Shown here: one piece after another, positions 32,023 through 41,240 of the stretch
How positions within the stretch are numbered: position 1 is the first letter of the stretch
Layout: each line of letters starts with the position of its first letter
NCBI GenBank assembly: GCA_965243395.1
Contig: CBDEUS010000001.1
Span: forward strand, 1,024,001-1,088,000
Direction: 5' to 3'
Length of the DNA stretch: 64,000 nt
Source of the DNA: Gammaproteobacteria bacterium
GTDB lineage: Bacteria; Pseudomonadota; Gammaproteobacteria; UBA4575
The notes under the pieces: generated by a model
Told to the model about the DNA's origin: nothing
The model's database searches: none
What the model saw: the letters and a program-made list of their open reading frames with translations, nothing else
Translations under genes and position numbers: made by a program

Positions 32023-32817
32023 TCAGAAAAAAAATGAAACCCCTGCGCTGAATTCATCAAACTCATCATTTCGATCGTCTTCTGATAAAACGATGTAGCG
32101 TCGATAATCTCCACGCAAAAAGAATCTTTTAGTTAAGTAATAGCGAACCCCCAGCCCTAAGTTTGCCAAGTCATCTTCCGTTTCAATGTCTTGTATAAGT
32201 GCACCTTTAGGCTCATTTTCAAAACGCCCGTAACCAACCGTAAAATGTGGTGTAAGACGCCAATCCGGAAAAGGTGTTGAAACCAAATTTACTGCGTAAA
32301 TATCTGAACTTGATAATTTCCCTGCAACTTTTGAAACCTGAAATTCAAGCGCGATATTTTCAGTAAATTTGTATGCGAGTCTGGCAGAAACAATTGGGTC
32401 ACTATCAAATTCACCTGCAGAAATTCCAAATTCAATTCGTCTATGCAAGTAATCATCGTATAAAACATCTCTAAACGATTTCGGTATACCTGCAACTGTT
32501 AATGTTTGTTCGATTTGTTTACGACTTACCCAACCTTCAACACCACGATCGTCTTTTATCTTGAACCAATCCGTTTTGCGTTTCATGATGTCAATCCAAG
32601 TGTGTCGCTTTACAACATGAAAGATCGGGTAACCACGACCAGGACCGGTATGTAATTCAATATAGGGGTCAACTATTTTTACGCGTTGGTATTCCTTTTC
32701 ACCAAAAAGATCTGCTAGAGCAGTTGAGAAAGGTATAAATAATAAAATCACTATAAATAAGTGAGTTACACTCTTTGTCAGGCCAAAATAATCTCTATGC
32801 TTATTTGCTATTAACAT
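32023..32817 (-). CDS. SH3-domain + outer-membrane beta-barrel protein
   Basis: PYIELHTGPGRGYPIF..WFKI..GVEGWV SH3b pattern followed by a barrel ending SFFF. Confidence 0.82.
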   Translation of the reverse strand: MLIANKHRDYFGLTKSVTHLFIVILLFIPFSTALADLFGEKEYQRVKIVDPYIELHTGPGRGYPIFHVVKRHTWIDIMKRKTDWFKIKDDRGVEGWVSRKQIEQTLTVAGIPKSFRDVLYDDYLHRRIEFGISAGEFDSDPIVSARLAYKFTENIALEFQVSKVAGKLSSSDIYAVNLVSTPFPDWRLTPHFTVGYGRFENEPKGALIQDIETEDDLANLGLGVRYYLTKRFFLRGDYRRYIVLSEDDRNDEFDEFSAGVSFFF

Positions 32818-32823
32818 TGAGTT

Positions 32824-33348
32824 TTATAGTCCGCAGGCGTTAATTAGAATGGCAGGGTTTGCGGCATTACTAATGGCTGTACAACTTGGAATTGTTGCAG
32901 GAGCAACCATGCATGCTGAACCATCCGTAGGAGCAGGTGTTGAAGCCCATTCAGAAATTGCGTTGTAACATAAATCCCCAACCGTAAGTTGTTGCCCACC
33001 ACCATGAGAATTTCCAGTAGCTTTGCTTAGAAGTAAGCTGTTATTAAGAGTCCTTGCTTCTACTTGAGGAAAATTGTTAGTCATTAATTGTGTTGGGGTA
33101 GGAGGGTTAAATAAGAAAAATCCACCTTGTCCAATTGGAGGTGCATGGCAACCTGACTGCGAGCATGAATTGCCTGTGACAGCATTCTTTGTTCGATTGT
33201 GCATAATAGGTTCAATACACATTTCATAAAGATTGATGCATAGACTTATGCCACTGTTAGGCAGCTCTTCATTCGATGTGCTGTCACATCCTTGGATAAG
33301 ACACACGGGTGCTACTACAGCTAGTAGCACCAGCCGTATTAACTTCAC
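32824..33348 (-). CDS. Cys-rich lipoprotein with atypical CX4CH heme-like motif
   Basis: Lipobox IQGC, IEPIM..CSQSGCH, SLLLSKATG.SHGGG, several extra Cys. Confidence 0.65.
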   Translation of the reverse strand: MKLIRLVLLAVVAPVCLIQGCDSTSNEELPNSGISLCINLYEMCIEPIMHNRTKNAVTGNSCSQSGCHAPPIGQGGFFLFNPPTPTQLMTNNFPQVEARTLNNSLLLSKATGNSHGGGQQLTVGDLCYNAISEWASTPAPTDGSACMVAPATIPSCTAISNAANPAILINACGL

Positions 33349-33369
33349 GACAAACCTCTGTTTTAATTA

Positions 33370-36306
33370 CTAATTTAGACAGGTTGGATTACTAGCAGCA
33401 CCCATGCTAATCCAGGTCAAAATGGTGTCATAGGAGGATCCTGGACCGGTGTCTGAAAATACCGGCTGAGTGGCACTGTTAGGATCATTGATATCAGACA
33501 AGATCTGAGGATGCGGCAAATTCGGTGCTACATTGTTAGAAATAGGTCTTAATAGCAAATCATTATTTTGCGGATCACAAAGATTATTAATCATTGCGCG
33601 TGCCATATTAAAGTCACCTGCTTGATTTCCTGTTAACACAAATAGGTTGAAATTATTTGCGTCTTCATCATCTAGCGGATCAACTGTTGACTCGATATTC
33701 GAACCTTCAGCAACGTGACACGATAAACATTCAGCATTCAGTATTGGATGAATTTGATCATTAAATACTTGGCGACTCACACTTCGGCTTGAAACGATCG
33801 CATCACGAACTATGTATTGCCCATTAACCAATTCGTATGGCTCATTTGTATATTGAGCACCCACATCCACCCATGTAGAAATGAACCACTTTTCATCAGC
33901 CGTTAACATCGAAGCATGATCAGTAGGTCCTAATGCGAAACGCGAACCTGCTCGGAGCTTAGTATTATATATAGTCTCAATTAGATGGCTCGTTCTTGAA
34001 CTATGTGCGGCATTTCCTACATATGCTAATGATGGGCCTCGCTGAAAATATACCAACCCACTTTCTGAAACCACAGGTGGTAGCGGTACGCCATTTTCAT
34101 CTAGTAATAAAGAACCACGTAAAATATTCTGATAAGAAATTACTCGTCCGGCAAATCCTGATAATCCACCCTCTAAACTTAAGCCGGCTGAAACTGGATC
34201 TGCCAACAAACTATTTCGGTGACAGTTTGTACACGTATTTGCACCACGATCTTTATCCCATAACGGTTGAATATGATTTACATAATCAATACGGCCGTTA
34301 TCTGGAACGGGCGTTTCAATATTTGCTAATGAGAATGAAAAGTCTGCTTCAAGACCTACTGACCAATACTCTGCAAAGTCAACACTTTGACTTAAACTTG
34401 GTGCAGATTCATTATTTAAACGTGCGCGTGTTTCTGCCATGGTTTCTGCACCATTGGCATTCGCATGGCTTCCAGCAATAGGAGCAATGTTGATCGAACT
34501 CAATGCACGTCTTGGTGAGTGACATCCATTACAAGTGCGTGTTTCACCAGGACGAACTTGCAACCAATTGGTGTGTGTTTGAAAAGCACGACCAGATTTA
34601 TCTATAACAGAAATTGTTAATGCGCTATCCGCAGGAACTTTTGCCAAAATTGAACCATCAGGTTCAACAGGCACATAACCTAGGATTTCCTGCATCTCAA
34701 ATTTATTACGACTAATTGCACCTTTTGAAATTCCAGGAGGAGTAGGCAAAGCACGGGTTACACGTGCAAAATATCCAGGACGATTCAAATAACTTGGGTT
34801 ATTTGGATCCTTCATGGCTAATAAATCAGGAACATCATCACCAACAGTAGGTATATTTTCTCCTAATGCAGACACCAATACACGATCACCCATGATGTCC
34901 AAAAAGTCAGTGTGGTAAACAGAACGCACACCCAATACACCCATACCTTGTCCACCCAAACCATTTGGTTCAGTCGCCATAACAGGGTCGACTGGTTTAT
35001 TAGGGAGAATGGCAGGTACATCACTCAATGGGCGTGGGAAAAGTGCTACAGGGTCTAAATAAGCTAGTCCATTTGCAGGGGCGGTCTCAACAGGTCTTGC
35101 ATCGCCGTTAAAATCTACCATCCAAATACGATAGTTTGATGGACCAAATACTTGTTTTTGGCTGCCATCCAATGGATGTGTTTCTATTGGAATGGGGTTA
35201 AATGTTCCATCTGGAGCCAATGCACGTGATAACAATACGCGCCCTGTTCCATCCCATAATGGATCCGGAGTGGTGTAACGACCACCAGGTGAAAAACTTC
35301 CATCAAATGTAACTTCGGCCAGATTTACTAAACCATCTGGTTTCACTTGACCGTTGCAACCTGGCGCTATACCCGGAGCAGGCTCACAGTTTTCCGAATA
35401 ATTGACTGCATCAATCGCAAATAATGCGCCGCCTTCGTCCGTACCCGATAAAGGCATGGCAGTAGTCAAAATGGTTCCATTTTGCTGTTCCATTGGATGC
35501 AAATAAGAATTACCAGGACTAAATGCTCCATAAAGAACAAATAAATCTGTTCCATCAGGATTTATTGTAAAAATTGGAAAATGATTTCGAGTGGCTAAAT
35601 GATCCCAACGACTAAACATAATTCGACCATCTCTTAAAACCGATGGATTTCGATCGTGACTTTGGTTAAATGATATTTGTGTAATATCTTGTGTAAGCGG
35701 ATCTAGAACATGTAAATTCAGGGTTTCTTCACGTTCATATTCATCTAATGTTTTATGTTGGGCAATATTTTGTTCCAACAACATCTCTTGCATGCGCTTT
35801 TGACGGTTTGAAGTAAATACAATGCGTCCGTCAGGCAAGTATGCGGGATCTACATCATCACCAAGTTCTGCTAATACGGGATCTAAAACTAAACGTGTAT
35901 ACTGTCTAGTTGCAACATCCATCTCCCAAAGGCTGAAAGTTTCATCATCTGGGCCACGCATAGAAAACGCAACTTTTGTTGCATCATAATTTACTGCTGG
36001 ATCTGAAACATCACCTTGGCCTTGTGTATATGCCGATGTAATGTTTATAGGTACGATGGAACCGGTAGATGCATCTTTGTACATAAGATCACCACCAGGA
36101 GCAAAAGTCACACCATCGGTTGGATTACCCAATGCAGACATACTTCTTTGTACGTACACCATTGGATAATTGCCATTTACAGTGGCAAACCCGTCGGTAG
36201 ACTCTGACGAACCTGTCTTACAACCTTGCATAATTCCAAGTGATGCACACAAGGAAATTATTACAACCCAAATTTGACCAAAGTTCCTTTTCATAACCAA
36301 CTCCAA
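33370..36306 (-). CDS. HzsA-like beta-propeller tri-heme c lipoprotein (probable start ATG 36294)
   Basis: GGAG RBS before 36294, lipobox MQGC, PD40/TolB-like repeats (DVDPAYLPDGRIVFTSNR, DRNPSVLRDGRIMFSRWD), HZS-alpha-middle-like VPVEPDGS...WLQVRPGETRTCNGCH, plus CTNCH and CLSCH. Confidence 0.8.
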   Translation of the reverse strand: MELVMKRNFGQIWVVIISLCASLGIMQGCKTGSSESTDGFATVNGNYPMVYVQRSMSALGNPTDGVTFAPGGDLMYKDASTGSIVPINITSAYTQGQGDVSDPAVNYDATKVAFSMRGPDDETFSLWEMDVATRQYTRLVLDPVLAELGDDVDPAYLPDGRIVFTSNRQKRMQEMLLEQNIAQHKTLDEYEREETLNLHVLDPLTQDITQISFNQSHDRNPSVLRDGRIMFSRWDHLATRNHFPIFTINPDGTDLFVLYGAFSPGNSYLHPMEQQNGTILTTAMPLSGTDEGGALFAIDAVNYSENCEPAPGIAPGCNGQVKPDGLVNLAEVTFDGSFSPGGRYTTPDPLWDGTGRVLLSRALAPDGTFNPIPIETHPLDGSQKQVFGPSNYRIWMVDFNGDARPVETAPANGLAYLDPVALFPRPLSDVPAILPNKPVDPVMATEPNGLGGQGMGVLGVRSVYHTDFLDIMGDRVLVSALGENIPTVGDDVPDLLAMKDPNNPSYLNRPGYFARVTRALPTPPGISKGAISRNKFEMQEILGYVPVEPDGSILAKVPADSALTISVIDKSGRAFQTHTNWLQVRPGETRTCNGCHSPRRALSSINIAPIAGSHANANGAETMAETRARLNNESAPSLSQSVDFAEYWSVGLEADFSFSLANIETPVPDNGRIDYVNHIQPLWDKDRGANTCTNCHRNSLLADPVSAGLSLEGGLSGFAGRVISYQNILRGSLLLDENGVPLPPVVSESGLVYFQRGPSLAYVGNAAHSSRTSHLIETIYNTKLRAGSRFALGPTDHASMLTADEKWFISTWVDVGAQYTNEPYELVNGQYIVRDAIVSSRSVSRQVFNDQIHPILNAECLSCHVAEGSNIESTVDPLDDEDANNFNLFVLTGNQAGDFNMARAMINNLCDPQNNDLLLRPISNNVAPNLPHPQILSDINDPNSATQPVFSDTGPGSSYDTILTWISMGAASNPTCLN

Positions 36307-36556
36307 AATGTAGCAAGATCCTTCTTATCAAAAACTCACGTAGATTCAGCCACTAATATTTAATTTAGTGTGTCCACAACGTCCTTTATCAAATAGCCCT
36401 ATCTCCTTGATTTTTAAGGACTATACGGTATCGATTATTTCTCGATTAAATGAATCAAACCGCGACAGGCGCATCAACGGGTTAAAGAAACAGATAGAAG
36501 GTAAGGAGCTTTACCCTTTGAAATTAGATACGAGATTTAAGCAGGTTAAACGTGAA

Positions 36557-37573
36557 TCAATTCACGTTTGCATTGTGATTTACAGCACTCTCGGGCTGTT
36601 GAAGCCCTTCTGAATAGTAGAGTTTTCGATTCTGATCAACCACTACACCTTCAACCCCTTCCAAACGATTGAGTAATTCAAGACCTTTGCTAACACCCAT
36701 AACAAATATGCTTGTTGATAATGCATCTGTAGTTGTAGCATCACTCGCAATAATTGACACGCTTCGCACTTCGCTTACAGATTTGCCTGTGCTTGGATGA
36801 ATGATATGGTGATATTTTTCACCATCTTCTATGAAAAAGCGTTCGTAATCGCCGGAAGTCGACAATGCTTCATCCTCTAGTGGCAACATCGCAATGACCT
36901 CTTCTGTATTAGCAGGATCACGTATCCCCACTAGCCATGCGCGCCCACGGCGATCACCCAATAACCGTGTGTCTCCTCCTGCAGAAACTAAAGCATGTTC
37001 TATTCCTAAATCTTGTAAATGTTGAATCGATTGATCCACTGCAAAACCTTTTGCAATTCCTCCCAAATCAATTTTTACACCATGCTTTAAAAAGCTAACA
37101 GTAAATTGATTTTTATCTATAACTACATTTTTATAGTCGATTAATTCTTTAGCTTGTTCAATTTCAGCATCCGTAGGTTTAATTTCTTTTCTATAATTGA
37201 ATAAATGTCCAACACTTGCATAGGTAATATCAAATGCACCATCCGTGAGACGCGAAACTTCTAATGATTTTTCAATTACATGGAATAAATCACGGTCAAC
37301 TTCTACTGGCTTCTCATGTGCTACTTTGTTGATTTTAGAAAGTTGACTATCCTCAATATACGGGCTCATTAAATGGTTAACTCGCTCCATTTCATTTAAA
37401 ACACTATCAATACCCTCTTGTCGTTTGTCTGCATCTGAGTGCCAAATTTCAACACGAATTTTTGTACCCATTATTGCCGCATCTTCTGTCTGCCACTCCG
37501 CTGCCAGCGGTAAGGAAAACAGCGACAAAATTAAACTAAATAATTGAAATTTGACTAATTGCTTAAATCGCAT
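36557..37573 (-). CDS. apbE: FAD:protein FMN transferase
   Basis: IMGT, GAFDIT, IDLGGIAKGFAVD, AGGD, STSGDYERF, YHHII, DALST; signal peptide. Confidence 0.95.
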   Translation of the reverse strand: MRFKQLVKFQLFSLILSLFSLPLAAEWQTEDAAIMGTKIRVEIWHSDADKRQEGIDSVLNEMERVNHLMSPYIEDSQLSKINKVAHEKPVEVDRDLFHVIEKSLEVSRLTDGAFDITYASVGHLFNYRKEIKPTDAEIEQAKELIDYKNVVIDKNQFTVSFLKHGVKIDLGGIAKGFAVDQSIQHLQDLGIEHALVSAGGDTRLLGDRRGRAWLVGIRDPANTEEVIAMLPLEDEALSTSGDYERFFIEDGEKYHHIIHPSTGKSVSEVRSVSIIASDATTTDALSTSIFVMGVSKGLELLNRLEGVEGVVVDQNRKLYYSEGLQQPESAVNHNANVN

Positions 37574-37694
37574 TGGTTAGATATAGATTAATACTAAAAA
37601 TATGAATCAGCTGTTTGACACTAGATTGAAGTTCACGTTCATACATGGTTACCATTATACTAAGAAATGTTAGGGCATGAACTGACAAAACAAA

Positions 37695-38978
37695 ATGACC
37701 TCTATGAACACCAAAACCATAAAGCATGACCCAAGTTGTATGGATGACTTTGATCCAGCATCACTTGATGCCGATAAAGCGTTACAAAATATTATAGATA
37801 CAATTACCTCTTCGGATGAGATCGAAAAATTACCTATTCGTGACATACTTGGCCGTGTTTTAGCCGAAGATATTAGTTCTAAAATCAATGTCCCGGGACA
37901 TACCAATTCTGCAATGGATGGCTACGCCATTAATGGATCTGAAATCCCTCAACAAGGTACCACCACACTAAAAAATATTGGCACTGCTTGGGCAGGAAAG
38001 CCCTATTCTGGTGAAGCCAATAAAGGTGAATGCGTACGAATTATGACGGGTGCGGCAATGCCTGCTAATACTGACACTGTGATCATGCAAGAACATGTCC
38101 AAGTGAATGGTGATGACATCACTATTGATCACACTAATAAACTTGGTCAAAACGTACGTTTAGCCGGTGAAGATATTCCAATGGGTGGGCAAGTTCTTAG
38201 TAAAGGCAAACTTTTAACACCGGCAGATATAGGACTCATTGCCTCTGTTGGTATTAGTGAAGTAAAAGTTAATAAAAAAACACGCGTGGCTTTTTTTTCT
38301 ACGGGTGATGAATTACGTCCGGTAGGGAGTAAATTAGAGGTTGGACAAATTTATGACAGCAATCGTTACACATTACATGGCATGCTTTCTAAATTGCGCG
38401 TTGAAATAATTGATTTAGGCGTAATCGAAGATAAACGCGAAGCTGTTGAACAAGCTTTTTTAAATGCCGCCAACAAAGCAGATGTCATTATAACTTCTGG
38501 CGGGGTATCGGTTGGCGAAGCTGATTTTGTTAAAGAAACGCTTGAAAAGATAGGTAAAGTTAATTTTTGGAAAGTTGCAATGAAACCTGGGCGACCTCTT
38601 GCATTTGGAAAAATCAAAAACGCATGGTTTTTTGGTTTACCGGGGAACCCTGTATCTGTAATGGTGACTTTTTATATGTTTGTTCAACCAGCACTTAAAA
38701 AATTAATGGGATTAGAATACAAAGAGCCGTTAATGATAAATGCAAGTTGCAAAACGAAGCTACGTAAACGACCTGGTCGTGTCGAATATCAACGCGGAAT
38801 ACTTACACGAAATCATGACAATCCTACTGGATATGATGTAGTTAAAACCGGAGCACAGGGTTCTGGAATTTTGCGTTCAATGTCTGATGCGAACTGTTTT
38901 ATCATATTACCTATGGAGTCAAGTGGAGTAGAGGTTGAGGACCAAGTTCAAGTACTCCCCTTTGAAGCAATAATTTAA
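37695..38978 (+). CDS. moeA: Molybdopterin molybdenumtransferase
   Basis: SAMDGYA, RIMTGA, STGDEL, SGGVSVG..D, KPGRP, GLPGNPVS. Confidence 0.97.
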   Translation: MTSMNTKTIKHDPSCMDDFDPASLDADKALQNIIDTITSSDEIEKLPIRDILGRVLAEDISSKINVPGHTNSAMDGYAINGSEIPQQGTTTLKNIGTAWAGKPYSGEANKGECVRIMTGAAMPANTDTVIMQEHVQVNGDDITIDHTNKLGQNVRLAGEDIPMGGQVLSKGKLLTPADIGLIASVGISEVKVNKKTRVAFFSTGDELRPVGSKLEVGQIYDSNRYTLHGMLSKLRVEIIDLGVIEDKREAVEQAFLNAANKADVIITSGGVSVGEADFVKETLEKIGKVNFWKVAMKPGRPLAFGKIKNAWFFGLPGNPVSVMVTFYMFVQPALKKLMGLEYKEPLMINASCKTKLRKRPGRVEYQRGILTRNHDNPTGYDVVKTGAQGSGILRSMSDANCFIILPMESSGVEVEDQVQVLPFEAII

Positions 38979-38985
38979 AAATTCT

Positions 38986-39423
38986 TTAAGCTGGAGTATT
39001 TTTCTCTACCCAACGATCTTCATCTTTGGTTAAAGTTTCTTTTTTCCAAAATGGCGCTTTAGATTTTAAATCCTCCATAATAAATCGATTTGCATCATAA
39101 GCAGGTCCACGATGTATAGACCACACTACTACACATACAATCGGGTCACTGGGAAACACTTCTCCAACACGATGTAATATATACACATCTAAAATATCAA
39201 ACTTGTTCAATGCTTGGTTCGCGATTGTTTCCAAGTGCTTTTGCGTCATTTCTGGGTAATGCTCCAGCACCATTGAAGCAACCAAGTCCCCTTCATTCAT
39301 ATCGCGCATTGATCCAATAAAAATTGATTTAGCGCCATGCTCGCCCTTACGCAGAAACTCATTTTCATATTCACAAGCCTCCTGCCATGGATCAAATTGT
39401 GATTCTCTTATCTCGACTTTCAT
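38986..39423 (-). CDS. moaE: Molybdopterin synthase catalytic subunit
   Basis: LEHYPEMT, HRVG, HRGPA, LKSKAPFWKKE. Confidence 0.96.
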   Translation of the reverse strand: MKVEIRESQFDPWQEACEYENEFLRKGEHGAKSIFIGSMRDMNEGDLVASMVLEHYPEMTQKHLETIANQALNKFDILDVYILHRVGEVFPSDPIVCVVVWSIHRGPAYDANRFIMEDLKSKAPFWKKETLTKDEDRWVEKNTPA

Positions 39424-39489
39424 TTTCTATGACATTAAATGCTAAGTACGCTACATTAAGACAATAAATTAACTGAAACACTATTATAT

Positions 39490-40014
39490 ATGAGCAGCAA
39501 AGAACGTTCTTTCAAGCCTTTAAATATTGCCGTTCTGACGATTTCGGATTCCCGCACAGAAGCTGATGATAAATCAGGCAAGCTTTTATGTGATCGGTTA
39601 ACTTCAGCGGGCCATGATTTACGTGAAAAGATAATCGTACCTGATGATATATACAAAATCCGTGCAGTAGTTGCTGCATGGATTGCAGAAGAAAAACCAG
39701 ATGTCGTGTTGACGACAGGCGGCACAGGTGTAACCGGAAGAGATGGGACCCCTGAAGCTATTCGCCCATTATTAGACAAAGAAATTTCGGGTTTTGGTGA
39801 AATGTTTCGTGTACTTTCTTTTGAAACCATTAAAACTTCTACCCTTCAATCTCGTGCGTTTGCGGGAGTGGCGAATGCCACTTATATCTTTTGTTTGCCG
39901 GGGTCTGCAGGCGCTTGTGCAGAAGCATGGGATAAATTGATTTCACATCAATTGGATTACAGGAGTCGGCCCTGTAATTTGGTTGAGTTGATGCCGAGAT
40001 TGAAAGAAAAATGA
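39490..40014 (+). CDS. moaB: Molybdenum cofactor biosynthesis protein B
   Basis: VLTISDSR, DKSG, TTGGTG..RDGTPEA, GFGEMFR, LPGS, RPCN. Confidence 0.95.
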   Translation: MSSKERSFKPLNIAVLTISDSRTEADDKSGKLLCDRLTSAGHDLREKIIVPDDIYKIRAVVAAWIAEEKPDVVLTTGGTGVTGRDGTPEAIRPLLDKEISGFGEMFRVLSFETIKTSTLQSRAFAGVANATYIFCLPGSAGACAEAWDKLISHQLDYRSRPCNLVELMPRLKEK

Positions 40015-40043
40015 ATGTACGCTTATGGTCAATCGCAGCCATT
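40014..40043 (+). repeat. 30-bp imperfect palindrome, copy A
   Basis: AATGTACGC-TTATGGTCAATC-GCAGCCATT, beginning on the last base of the moaB stop codon. Confidence 0.6.
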
Positions 40044-40212
40044 TTAAATTTTCACCATAGCTATGATTACAGTATGTTTCTCAGTAAGTTAAAAGCCACT
40101 TTGAATAAACTGCTCCCTTAGACAAACGATATATGGTAACGAATGAATAGGTTTAGTTTCACATCTATCCTTTAATAGTTACAAAATCTAATTAAAATAC
40201 GCAATCATCCTG

Positions 40213-40623
40213 TTGTATCTATATTGCATGACACCAGAGAAGGACATCATTGCTGGTTGTATCGCAGCCATTGAAGCATTACAAACGGAAGGTTCAGCTT
40301 CCCTGAGCTTTAATCATATGCAAATTCTAATGCATATCTTTTTAAATGATGGAATTAGTAGAAAAGAATTAAGGGAACGTATCAAAAATTCCTCAAAAGA
40401 AGCAATTCAACGACATACGAAAGACTTACTATTTAAGCACAAATATATATCGGAAACTGAAAGCAAACAGGATTCTAGATATAAAGATCTTCATCTAACA
40501 GAAGAAGGTTATTCAGTAATCATCACCGTAGTCAAAAAAATGCAAGATTGTGCAACATGCTTGCAGCCCGACTACAATCCAAATGCTAGGTTAAACTTAT
40601 TTGCAGACGAAGAAATACATTAA
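40213..40623 (+). CDS. MarR-like winged-helix protein (probable start ATG 40228)
   Basis: QILMHI..DGISRKEL..SKEAIQRH, SKQDSRYKDLHLTEEG (DxR..LT..G wing motif). Confidence 0.7.
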   Translation: MYLYCMTPEKDIIAGCIAAIEALQTEGSASLSFNHMQILMHIFLNDGISRKELRERIKNSSKEAIQRHTKDLLFKHKYISETESKQDSRYKDLHLTEEGYSVIITVVKKMQDCATCLQPDYNPNARLNLFADEEIH

Positions 40624-40685
40624 TCTAAGTCGTATTTCTCAAACAATCCAAAGAGGATAATTTTCTCTCAAATTTTTTTAAAAAG

Positions 40686-40715
40686 AGTTGCTGCTTTCGG
40701 CTAATAGCAGTCATA
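40686..40715 (-). repeat. 30-bp imperfect palindrome, copy B
   Basis: Minus strand TATGACTGC-TATTAGCCGAAA-GCAGCAACT; contains the TGA stop of ORF 40711-41166. Confidence 0.6.
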
Positions 40716-41166
40716 AAATCTCAAAGAAAATATGCCTTAGATAGATAATTGAATAAGGGATATCAAAAATAAATGAAAATAGCATTACAACAGTAATTAC
40801 GCCTGACCAGATTGAGAAAGCCGACAACTTCTTGGATAAGAACGGTCGTTTAGTTAGTAATAAATACAAAGATGGAGACCAGAAAATAACGTGGATTAAT
40901 GCGTTGAATCCCGCGAGCTTTAGCTGAACTAGACCAAATACAGATGAAAAAACCAAAGTCAAAAATCCTGCTATATAGCCACCAACTACCCAACGCGCAA
41001 TAGAATGTCGCTTAACAAAAAATATTCCGACTACAAAACAGGCTGTCGCTAACACTATCCAAATCATCACCCAAAGTGGTGTAGCTTCCATTCCTTGAGC
41101 ATCAAAAATTTCTAAAGCACGATAACCTTTTTGATAATCGATTGATTGTCCAAGTAGCTCAATCAT
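40711..41166 (-). CDS. Hypothetical 4-TM membrane protein
   Basis: Four hydrophobic segments; PLWVMIW, HVIFWSP, SFIFD. Confidence 0.75.
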   Translation of the reverse strand: MIELLGQSIDYQKGYRALEIFDAQGMEATPLWVMIWIVLATACFVVGIFFVKRHSIARWVVGGYIAGFLTLVFSSVFGLVQLKLAGFNALIHVIFWSPSLYLLLTKRPFLSKKLSAFSIWSGVITVVMLFSFIFDIPYSIIYLRHIFFEIL

Positions 41167-41174
41167 TATTTTTG

Positions 41175-41240
41175 ATCACCTAACTTTAATCTGCTGCATC
41201 GTCCCTGATGGAAATCTTATTCGCACATCCATGTGCTCAC
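41175..41240 (-). repeat. ~65-bp REP-like double-hairpin element, copy 1
   Basis: Minus strand GTGAGCACATGGATGTGCGAATAAGA...TAAAGTTAGGT; starts on the moaA stop codon; 53/66 ungapped identity to copy 2 by manual alignment. Confidence 0.8.

Noticed and set aside
20251-32817. Functional Myxococcus-type gliding motility
   Set aside because: Only the core-like set is seen; no recognisable cytoplasmic adaptors (GltI/GltJ/AglZ, MglA) or CglB adhesin in the window.
33370-36306. Anammox hydrazine synthase
   Set aside because: No hzsB/hzsC-like genes, gammaproteobacterial context, and a lipoprotein with extra heme domains; only domain-level similarity.
36368-36613. 81-aa ORF in the apbE-hzsA-like gap
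   Set aside because: Antisense to the cluster, overlaps the apbE end and has no motif; the gap is more likely a promoter/leader region.
40261-40272. 12-bp direct repeat ATCGCAGCCATT matching the right arm of site A
   Set aside because: Lies within coding sequence and lacks a matching left arm at 12-bp spacing; probably chance.
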